Assembly (NCBI GenBank): GCA_046116545.1
Contig: CP175956.1
Span: 1,558 to 65,557 of the forward strand
DNA: 64,000 bases
Direction: 5' to 3'
Origin: Candidatus Moraniibacteriota bacterium
GTDB lineage: Bacteria; Patescibacteriota; Minisyncoccia; Moranbacterales; GCA-2747515
Below the pieces are notes generated by a model, which saw only the letters and a program-made list of their open reading frames with translations, was not told the origin of the DNA and ran no database searches. A program made the position numbers and the translations under genes. Each line of letters opens with the position of its first letter. Position 1 is the first letter of the stretch. Shown in pieces: positions 26,722 to 35,038 of the stretch.

Positions 26722-29244
26722 TTATCTGTAAATATTTGTATTTATATAATCTTTTATATACATTGGAATTCTTTCTCCATATTTCTCTGGGATTTCACTC
26801 ATTGAAAGTTTTGAATTTGTTTCTAAAAGTGCATATTCTCCACTATCTATAATAGTTTCTATTTCTTGATCTTCGATATATGTATTAAAGAAATATTTTG
26901 TCTTTGCATAATCTTCTGAGTCTATTTCTAATTCCATTTCTGTTGATCTAAATTTTTCAAATTCACTATCTAATAATTCTGCTTTTGTTTCAAATTTTTC
27001 TTTTTTTCCAAAAGCATAATCTAAGACTTCAGGTATCCTAACTCTTCTATCTAGTCCTAGTGCTTTTTTAATTTTATCAAGATTCATAAAATTATTTGGC
27101 TTATCAAAAACTTCTGTTCTTAAAATTTCTCCTGCTTCTGATTTCCTATTTTCTTCATATAAATCTTTTATTTCTTGATTTTCTTGTATATCCTCTTTTA
27201 TAAATTTAGAAAAAGCTTCTCTGTCTATCCTCATTCCTTCTATGCCAATTTTCACTACATCTTCACTTACAATCTCATCATCTGATTCTAAATCTATTTC
27301 ATCAATTCCTGACCTTGTTTCACCTTCACTGCCTTCTCCTGGTTGTTCTTTTGGAAGTTCCAACTGCTCACCATAATCGAAGTCTTCTTCAAAGTATTCA
27401 TAATTTGCAAAAAAATCAAAAAGGAAGAAATTATCCTTATCTATTTTTTCCACTTCTTTTGTTTCTGGATTTATGTATTTAAAGACATTTTTCCTTGTAC
27501 CACGCCCTTTTATCTGCACAAAATCAGAAGGAGAAAAGATTGGTCTCATTAAAACTACATTTAACAAATTTGGACAGTCATATCCAGTTGTCATCATTCC
27601 AACAGTAACGGCTATCCTTGTCCTACTTGTTCTGTAGCCCTCTTTAAATTTACTGATACCATTCAATCTATCATTTGAAAAATCAACTGTCATTTGCTGA
27701 GCATCTTTTACATGTGAGGTCACCTGTACAGCAAAATCTGACTCATATTTTTCTGGCCATTTCTGCATTGCCATTTTATTTAAAATATTTGTAATTTTTG
27801 CAGCATGATTTTGACTGACTGTAAAAATTATTCCTTTTCCTATTTCACCACTAACTGGATCTCTTTTTGCTCTATCTAAAAAAACCTTACAAAATTGAAT
27901 ATTAGTTTTTTCGTTAAAAAACCTCCTTTCAAAACTCCTTCCAAAAAAAGTTTCTTCTTGATGCTCACCGCTTTCATCTACTGTATGTACCGAATAACCC
28001 TCCTCCGATAAAAGTTCAGTCGTTATTTCTGTTCTAATATCCAAAAGATAGGGATTTACTAAATATTCTGGAACACCATCAGATAAACTAAACTTATATG
28101 TTGGATCACCTGACTCACATCCAAAAGTTTTATAGGTATCCAAAAGTTGCCTTCTTTCAAAAGCTCTTTGTGAATTTTTTGTTTTTTCAGAATCAATTCC
28201 TTTCAAGTAATCTTTTGGTGTAGCTGTTAACCCAAGTTTATAACCAATAAAATACTCAAAAACAGCTCTGGCATTTCCACTAATTGATCTATGTGATTCA
28301 TCTGATATTACAAACTCAAAATCAGTTGGGGAAAATTCTTTTTTATATCTATCATTTACTGCCAAGCTTTGCACAGTTGTAATAACTATTTGTGCATTTC
28401 TCCACGTTTCTTTATTTTCTTTATAAACTGCAATTTGATAATCTTTTTCAAGATATTCCTTGAAAGCTTTTTTTGCTTGATCTTCAAGCTCTAGTCTATC
28501 AACTAAAAATAAGATTCTTTTTGCATTTCCAGTTTTCAGAAATAACTTTGAAATAGCCGCAGTTGTTAGAGTCTTTCCTGTACCAGTTGCCATTTCTAAA
28601 AGGTATCTAGTTTTTCCTTCCTTCGCTGCTTTTTGAATAGCGTGAACCGACTCAATTTGATAATCTCTTAAAATCTTAATTCCTGATGCTGACAAAAGAT
28701 CTGTTTTTTCTTCTTCTGAACCATTTACCCAAACTGGATTATTATGAAAATTTGAATCTTGAGATAGAGCCACATAATCTTCTCCAACATCTTCTGAAGA
28801 TAAACTTTCAGGATTTGGATTATACTCACTAAATTCAATTAGAGAATCTTGTGTTGGAAATTTAATTATTATTTCAGGATTTCCTTTTTGTATATCCCAT
28901 AAATAATGAATATTACCATTTGATAAAATAATATATCTAGCATGATTATCTCTTGCATAATATCTAGCTTGTCCTTTAGCACTTAAAGGATTTATATTCT
29001 CTCTTTTTGCCTCTAGAACAACAAGGGCTTTACCATCTTGATCTAAGAGAAGGTAATCAATAGACCCATTTGTTACATTTTCAAAATCATCTCCTTGATT
29101 ATCAACATCTTCCTTTTTTATTTTAACGTTAGCCTCAAGCTGAATATTAGCTGGTCCATTTTCATCATCAAAAAAACGCCAACCTGCATCTTCAAGTAGC
29201 GTGTTTATCTTGATACGCGCCTGTGCTTCTTTATTATTTGCCAT
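26722..29244 (-). CDS. hsdR: Type I restriction endonuclease subunit R (EcoAI/EcoEI-like)
   Basis: IDYLL...VLEAK nuclease; MATGTGKT; DESHRS; LTATP; QIKGRGTR. Confidence 0.93.
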   Translation of the reverse strand: MANNKEAQARIKINTLLEDAGWRFFDDENGPANIQLEANVKIKKEDVDNQGDDFENVTNGSIDYLLLDQDGKALVVLEAKRENINPLSAKGQARYYARDNHARYIILSNGNIHYLWDIQKGNPEIIIKFPTQDSLIEFSEYNPNPESLSSEDVGEDYVALSQDSNFHNNPVWVNGSEEEKTDLLSASGIKILRDYQIESVHAIQKAAKEGKTRYLLEMATGTGKTLTTAAISKLFLKTGNAKRILFLVDRLELEDQAKKAFKEYLEKDYQIAVYKENKETWRNAQIVITTVQSLAVNDRYKKEFSPTDFEFVISDESHRSISGNARAVFEYFIGYKLGLTATPKDYLKGIDSEKTKNSQRAFERRQLLDTYKTFGCESGDPTYKFSLSDGVPEYLVNPYLLDIRTEITTELLSEEGYSVHTVDESGEHQEETFFGRSFERRFFNEKTNIQFCKVFLDRAKRDPVSGEIGKGIIFTVSQNHAAKITNILNKMAMQKWPEKYESDFAVQVTSHVKDAQQMTVDFSNDRLNGISKFKEGYRTSRTRIAVTVGMMTTGYDCPNLLNVVLMRPIFSPSDFVQIKGRGTRKNVFKYINPETKEVEKIDKDNFFLFDFFANYEYFEEDFDYGEQLELPKEQPGEGSEGETRSGIDEIDLESDDEIVSEDVVKIGIEGMRIDREAFSKFIKEDIQENQEIKDLYEENRKSEAGEILRTEVFDKPNNFMNLDKIKKALGLDRRVRIPEVLDYAFGKKEKFETKAELLDSEFEKFRSTEMELEIDSEDYAKTKYFFNTYIEDQEIETIIDSGEYALLETNSKLSMSEIPEKYGERIPMYIKDYINTNIYR

Positions 29245-29378
29245 ATACCACTAATTTATATCAATATTCCCATTGTACTCCTCTATTCAAAAAAATTCCA
29301 GGATTTACATGAACTTTAATACAAAAAAAACTACTTTATAAAAGTAGTCTTTCGTATGCTAGTCGTGCTAGCACAAGA

Positions 29379-29453
29379 TGGCTCCGAGAGTCGGATTCGA
29401 ACCGACGACCAATTGGTTAACAGCCAACTGCTCTACCGCTGAGCTACCTCGGA
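29379..29453 (-). tRNA. tRNA-Asn (GTT)
   Basis: Cloverleaf, anticodon loop CTGTTAA, GGTTCGAATCC T-arm, encoded CCA. Confidence 0.97.
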
Positions 29454-29584
29454 ATATATTTATTCTTTAGCTACAGATATGATTATAAGGTAAAAATAAA
29501 AATTTTGCAAGCGTTTATTATTTATTATTTTTATAATTTATTTACAAATAAAAACACCTATAATTTCATTAAAATTATAGGTGT

Positions 29585-30565
29585 TTACTCTACAGTCCTC
29601 CAATCATGTTTGAGCATTTTATTTAAACTGCTCAAATGTGTTTGTAAATAATTTTGCGCGTATTGTTCCAAATCATTTGTATTCAAATTTGGTTCAATAT
29701 CTACAAAACCTCTTGAAATCTGTTTCAATAACTGCTTAGCAATAATCCAAGCGTGTTTTTCTCTCCAGATATAATGTTGTAACAATTTAGACATAACATC
29801 TGTTTCACTTTGAAAAAAGAAATTATTATTTTTCAATGAAAGAATTGCATTTTCTGATAATGCATTTTGTACGTCATTGCCTAATGTACAATCACTATAA
29901 TGAACTAATGATATTTTTGAAGAATACTTACTCAAAACATCATTGAATTCGATAATATTATTCAGTGAATTATTATTGAAATCCATATTATCAACGGCCA
30001 ACTTAATACACGAAATAGTTTGTGTTTCATGTGGCCAGATCATAGCTTGCCATACATGTACAATTTCATGCATCATGCTAAACATATTGCCTGGAATTGT
30101 GATGTCTTTATAGACTATAACTCCTGCACCATTGCTATTGGTGTGATTAGTATAAAACCTATTGCAAAATTCATTACCAATATGACAGTCATATCCTTCT
30201 AATAACTTTTCTCTCCAGGCTATAGCGATATGAGATGTTTCAATATTAGATAATATTTGTGGCAAAAAAATGTAGTTTCCCAGCAGTAGTTGTAATAAAT
30301 CCAACATCTTACCATCTCTTTCCCTCTTTATCCAAAGAAATGATACTGGTTTATTTCCAAAAAAAATATATTCAATAATTTGAAAATGACCCATATCATA
30401 CACTAAAACTTTTTCGGTTAAATCAGGTTTTTCATTACCTTTTAAAATACTGTTCACTCTATGCTTGGCGCTATTGCCCACTTCTTCATATCTAGTATTT
30501 TGACGCACTAGACATAACTTCGCATTCACCGAACTACACAATAATCTTCTCATTGCTGTAATCAT
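29585..30565 (-). CDS. Hypothetical protein with HExxH motif (possible zincin)
   Basis: MHEIVH, later EKHAW; GGAGG SD. Confidence 0.7.
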   Translation of the reverse strand: MITAMRRLLCSSVNAKLCLVRQNTRYEEVGNSAKHRVNSILKGNEKPDLTEKVLVYDMGHFQIIEYIFFGNKPVSFLWIKRERDGKMLDLLQLLLGNYIFLPQILSNIETSHIAIAWREKLLEGYDCHIGNEFCNRFYTNHTNSNGAGVIVYKDITIPGNMFSMMHEIVHVWQAMIWPHETQTISCIKLAVDNMDFNNNSLNNIIEFNDVLSKYSSKISLVHYSDCTLGNDVQNALSENAILSLKNNNFFFQSETDVMSKLLQHYIWREKHAWIIAKQLLKQISRGFVDIEPNLNTNDLEQYAQNYLQTHLSSLNKMLKHDWRTVE

Positions 30566-30759
30566 ATCCGACGCCTCCGTTAGTTATTTTTATAATTGTT
30601 AAAATACAAATAACTACTTACGATACATCAATATTACAATTTTGTCAATACCCTGGAGAATGCTGGATGATTTCAACTTAACTATTTTACTTAAATATAA
30701 CCAAAAAAAATAGACCCTTACTAAAGGTCTATTTTTATAAAAACTTTTTTAACTAAATG

Positions 30760-31296
30760 CTATTTATTATAATTTTGTAATATATACTCAATAACATTAT
30801 CTTTCTCATTTTCTCCACTTAGCATACTCTCAATTTCCACTTCATTATCTTCACAATATTTTTTCATTGCTGTAATTTGATTATGAATATCAGCTAAATT
30901 GCCTTCTTTTATAAGATTTTCACTTATTTCTATTTCAACTTTTTCGACTATGTCAGATACTAGCACACCTACTTCATTAAGATTAGTAAGATCATCTCCG
31001 ACATTTTCAACTGTATTACCTCCCAATCCTTCCACAATTTTTTGTATATTTTGTTCTTCAGATTCTACTATTTTATTAGCCTCAACTTCAGAACTATCTT
31101 CAGACAATACCACCTCTTTATTTCCATCTTCTAAATCGGCATGTCTCAATTCTGCTTGTTTTAATACTGTCTCATCTAGTGCCATATTACCCTCAGATGT
31201 TTCTGTTTTTGTAGATAAAACTTCATTTGCAAACTTATCTACATCTGCTTTAAAATTATCAGCTGATATTGTTATTGGTTCTTCTCCAATTCCCAT
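30760..31296 (-). CDS. Acidic hypothetical protein
   Basis: 178 aa immediately downstream of rpoD. Confidence 0.7.
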   Translation of the reverse strand: MGIGEEPITISADNFKADVDKFANEVLSTKTETSEGNMALDETVLKQAELRHADLEDGNKEVVLSEDSSEVEANKIVESEEQNIQKIVEGLGGNTVENVGDDLTNLNEVGVLVSDIVEKVEIEISENLIKEGNLADIHNQITAMKKYCEDNEVEIESMLSGENEKDNVIEYILQNYNK

Positions 31297-31316
31297 AATT
31301 TTATTATTAATATTTA

Positions 31317-32597
31317 TTAGTAATCTCTCAATTTATTTACTCCATCATTGTCACGAATCTTTTCCAACGCTTTTGCTTCGATTTGACGAATACGTTCACG
31401 AGTAACTCCAAATTCTTGTCCCACTTCTTCAAGTGTATGAGTAACACCGTCCTCAAGTCCAAATCTTATTTGTAAAATCTTTTGTTCTCTTGGTGATAGG
31501 TCTTCCAACACTTCTCCGATATGTTCTGTAAGTAATGTTCTAGATGCTCCTTGTTGTGGCGCTATTGATTCTGTATCTTCTATGAAATCTCCTAATACAC
31601 TATCATCATCACTGTCTCCGACTGAAGTTTCCAGTGATACAGTATCTTGGGAAATTTTTTGGATATGACGAACCTTATCAATATCGAGATCCATTTCAGC
31701 TGCAACTTCCTCAGGCATTGGCTCACGACCAAGCTCCTGAACAAGACGCCTCACAATTTGCATATACTTATTAATTGTCTCAACCATGTGCACTGGTATA
31801 CGTATGGTACGAGATTGATCAGCTAATGCACGAGTGATAGCTTGTCGTATCCACCAAGTAGCATATGTAGAAAATTTATAACCTTTGTGATAATCAAATT
31901 TTTCTACTGCACGAAAAAGTCCAATATTTCCCTCTTGTATTAAATCAAGAAGTGACAAATTTGTCGAACGCCCAACATATTTTTTTGCAATAGATACCAC
32001 AAGTCTTAGATTTGCTTCTGTAAGCTGTTGTCTCGCAGCCTCATCACCTGCTTCTATAGCCTTTGCAATGGTAACCTCTTCTTCGCGTGTAAGTAGTGGA
32101 GTTCGTCCAATTTCCTTCAAATACATTTGAACCAAATCTGCTGTATTACTTTCAGCTGCAGCTGCCTCTTCAACCAAAAGAACATCTTTTTTCTTTTGGA
32201 TTTTTTTACCTTTTTTACTTCTAGTATCTTGTTGTGGTTCAACTTGCAATATATCATCAGAGTTCACAATATCAATACCAAAATCCTCCAAACTTTCATA
32301 AAATGCCTCCAATCCACCAACATCTTTTTCAATGTTTGGCATTGCATGCATCATCTCATCCTCAGTTACAAACCCTCTTTTCCTACCAAGTTCCATTAAT
32401 TTCGCCAAAGGTTCTGGCATTTTACTTTTTGTCCCATGTTTTCTTGTTGCTTTTTTCGTAGTTTTCTTAGTTACTTTCTTTGTAGTTTTCTTTACTGCTT
32501 TTTTCGTAGTTTTCTTAGTTACTTTCTTTACTGCTTTTTTCGTAGTTTTCTTAGTTACTTTCTTTACTGCTTTTTTCGTAGTTTTCTTTTTTGTCAT
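31317..32597 (-). CDS. rpoD: RNA polymerase primary sigma factor
   Basis: [49 protein letters not shown]. Confidence 0.97.
   Translation of the reverse strand: MTKKKTTKKAVKKVTKKTTKKAVKKVTKKTTKKAVKKTTKKVTKKTTKKATRKHGTKSKMPEPLAKLMELGRKRGFVTEDEMMHAMPNIEKDVGGLEAFYESLEDFGIDIVNSDDILQVEPQQDTRSKKGKKIQKKKDVLLVEEAAAAESNTADLVQMYLKEIGRTPLLTREEEVTIAKAIEAGDEAARQQLTEANLRLVVSIAKKYVGRSTNLSLLDLIQEGNIGLFRAVEKFDYHKGYKFSTYATWWIRQAITRALADQSRTIRIPVHMVETINKYMQIVRRLVQELGREPMPEEVAAEMDLDIDKVRHIQKISQDTVSLETSVGDSDDDSVLGDFIEDTESIAPQQGASRTLLTEHIGEVLEDLSPREQKILQIRFGLEDGVTHTLEEVGQEFGVTRERIRQIEAKALEKIRDNDGVNKLRDY
32447..32592. repeat. Tandem 12/36-bp repeats encoding [12 protein letters not shown] in the RpoD N-terminus
   Basis: Repeated tgcttttttcgtagttttcttagttactttcttta. 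Confidence 0.85.
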
Positions 32598-32606
32598 TTC
32601 TTTAAT

Positions 32607-34397
32607 TTAGTTACTTATTACTTGTTGTGACAATTTACTTATTTGCTCTAATATTTTTTTCTGAGTCTCATAATCTCCATTAGCTTCTGCTTCATCCATT
32701 TTACCTACCAACATTTCAATTTTTCGCTTATTTAAATTTTCTGTAGCAATTGAAATGTAAGTTTCTGTGTCTTCTATCGGACTTCCACCATCTTCATGTT
32801 CTATTTCATATTTTTGTTGCATCAACATCGCTGACTTATACAAGTTTTCCCTATTACTATCTTTACTAACAAATTCTCCTACAGAAAAATTACATTGGGG
32901 ACCTTCTCTCATGAGTGCATTTATATTTTTTTGATCTATTACCTGGCCGTATCTTTCTTTATTTTTATAAACATGTTCCCAAACATGTGGATAAGCCATC
33001 ATCATCAAGATTATTGACTTATAGATTCTTTGCATTTGTGATTGCTCAGCCTTAGTTAATTTTGGTTCATATTGATTTTTTACAGCATTCACAGGCTCAC
33101 TAGATTTTTCTTCCATTATTTTTTTTACAGAATTACTAACCAATCTTTTTTCAACATCAAATTCATCAGCACACTTCATTATCCATTCTTCTCTTTCAAT
33201 ATCATTTACAATACTTGCTATTATTTCTGATATATCTTCTACAGCTTCTCTTTTTCCATGTGGATCATTTATGTTATATTTTTCTTTTGCTATGTCTATA
33301 AATACATCAATTGCATTTTTTGCATTTTTTATAATATTCCTTAATTCCTCTGGACTTTCTTTTGCTATATCAGCAGCATCCTTTCCTTCGCTGAGTAATA
33401 TCATTGATAACTGCACATCAGCATCTAGACAAAATAATGCGCTTCTACGAGCTGCAACTTGTCCCGCCTCATCAGCATCAAAAAATAATATGAAATGATT
33501 TGTATATCTTTTTAAAATTTTTATATGTTCATCTGTCATGGCTGTTCCAGATACTGCGATTGTATTTTGAATACCTGACTCAAATGCCGCTATTACATCC
33601 ATATTTCCTTCTACTACCACGACAGCATTTTCTTGCTTTATAATTTGCTTTGCATGATCTATTCCATACAACACTGCACTCTTATGATACAAATATGTTT
33701 CTGGTGTATTTATATATTTTGCTTGTGATTCATCATCGCCTGGCAACACTCTAGAAGTGAATCCTATCACACGACCAAGTGCATCACTTATTGGAAATAT
33801 TATTCGTTTTCGAAATCTATCATAATATGAACCTCTATCACTCTTTATTATAGACCCTGTTTGCTCTATGATTTTATCATCAAATCCATTTTTCTTTAAA
33901 AAATCATTCAAGTAATTCCATCCATCTGGTGCAAATCCCAATCTAAACTTTTTTATCACTTCATCACTAAGTCCACGATTTTGTAAATATGGCAATGCTT
34001 TTTCATTCCCACTTCCGTCCCATAATTGTTTTTCATAAAACCTTGCCGTTAATTCCAAAGCATTAAATAATTTCTTTTTATTATCTTGATTTTCACTATT
34101 TCCTTTTGTGAAATTATTTTGCAACTCAACTCCAGATTTCTCAGCTAACAATACAAGAACCTCATGAAATCCCATACTTTCCATTTCCATCACAAAACTA
34201 AAAATATCTCCACCCTGTCCACATCCAAAACAATGGTAGAACTGTTTTTCTTCATTTACATTAAATGAAGGAGTCTTTTCTTGATGAAAAGGACAGCAAG
34301 CCTTAAAAGCACTTCCAGCCTTTGTCAATTTTACATACTCACCTACGACATCAACGATATTTGTTCGCAATTTTATTAATTCGATATCTGAATCCAT
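32607..34397 (-). CDS. dnaG: DNA primase
   Basis: CPFHQEKTPSF, CFGC, KYINTPET, VEGNMD, DADEAG. Confidence 0.97.
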   Translation of the reverse strand: MDSDIELIKLRTNIVDVVGEYVKLTKAGSAFKACCPFHQEKTPSFNVNEEKQFYHCFGCGQGGDIFSFVMEMESMGFHEVLVLLAEKSGVELQNNFTKGNSENQDNKKKLFNALELTARFYEKQLWDGSGNEKALPYLQNRGLSDEVIKKFRLGFAPDGWNYLNDFLKKNGFDDKIIEQTGSIIKSDRGSYYDRFRKRIIFPISDALGRVIGFTSRVLPGDDESQAKYINTPETYLYHKSAVLYGIDHAKQIIKQENAVVVVEGNMDVIAAFESGIQNTIAVSGTAMTDEHIKILKRYTNHFILFFDADEAGQVAARRSALFCLDADVQLSMILLSEGKDAADIAKESPEELRNIIKNAKNAIDVFIDIAKEKYNINDPHGKREAVEDISEIIASIVNDIEREEWIMKCADEFDVEKRLVSNSVKKIMEEKSSEPVNAVKNQYEPKLTKAEQSQMQRIYKSIILMMMAYPHVWEHVYKNKERYGQVIDQKNINALMREGPQCNFSVGEFVSKDSNRENLYKSAMLMQQKYEIEHEDGGSPIEDTETYISIATENLNKRKIEMLVGKMDEAEANGDYETQKKILEQISKLSQQVISN

Positions 34398-34471
34398 ATT
34401 TTCCCCAAAAAATTATAAGCTTTAATATCAAAAATCTGTATTTACTATATACTACACTCTAACTAAGTATT

Positions 34472-34672
34472 TTATTTCACTTTTGTTTTATTGATCTTCT
34501 TTATTGCCAAAAATCTTTTTTCCCAATAATGTAAAATTATATATGTAATAGATAATGCTCCCACAATCATAAATAATGATATTTTTCCATTCAATATTAC
34601 AAGAAATAGCAAACTACTTAAAAAAATTATAACAATTTTCAATACTGCGTAAATTTTTTTTCTAATATCCAT
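34472..34672 (-). CDS. Small 2-TM protein
   Basis: MDIRKK start inside the longer ORF that overlaps tRNA-Pro. Confidence 0.5.
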   Translation of the reverse strand: MDIRKKIYAVLKIVIIFLSSLLFLVILNGKISLFMIVGALSITYIILHYWEKRFLAIKKINKTKVK

Positions 34673-34725
34673 ATGCCAGAAAACTTTACAATAAAACCAC
34701 CTAAGTAGGTGGTTTTTTAATATTG

Positions 34726-34796
34726 TCGGAGTACAGAGATTTGAACTCTGACTAAAACGTCCCAAACGTCTCGTGCTACCATTACACTATACTCCG
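34726..34796 (-). tRNA. tRNA-Pro (TGG)
   Basis: CGGAGTA...TACTCCGA acceptor stem, loop TTTGGGA, GTTCAAATC; CCA not encoded. Confidence 0.93.
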
Positions 34797-35038
34797 CTCT
34801 TTTATAAGCTACTGCAAGTAATATAATTACATTGCATAAATATCATAATACTACATATACTAAAAAAATCAAGGCTTATTCAAAATATTGCACTTCAACA
34901 AAAAAAACTATCCTTATGCTAGTTTTTTATTATTGGCGGGACATAACTGAACGACATTCAAACTTCTTTCATAAAAAATAGTCACTTGAGTAAATCTTAT
35001 ACAGTGACAGATTTGGTAAAAAATAACTAATCTTTGTA

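Larger units (their letters stand above)
10300..29385. mobile_element. ~19 kb integrative island at the tRNA-Asn 3' end (serine recombinase, terminase module, defence cargo)
   Basis: Left gctccccgactcgagttagaac resembles the tRNA end gctccgagagtcggattcgaac at right; contains recombinase, repressor, terminase, RM genes. Left boundary is inferred. Confidence 0.7.

Noticed and set aside
10300-29385. Complete prophage
   Set aside because: No recognisable capsid, portal, tail or lysis genes.
34673-34765. N-terminal extension of ORF 34472-34765
   Set aside because: Overlaps tRNA-Pro and its terminator.
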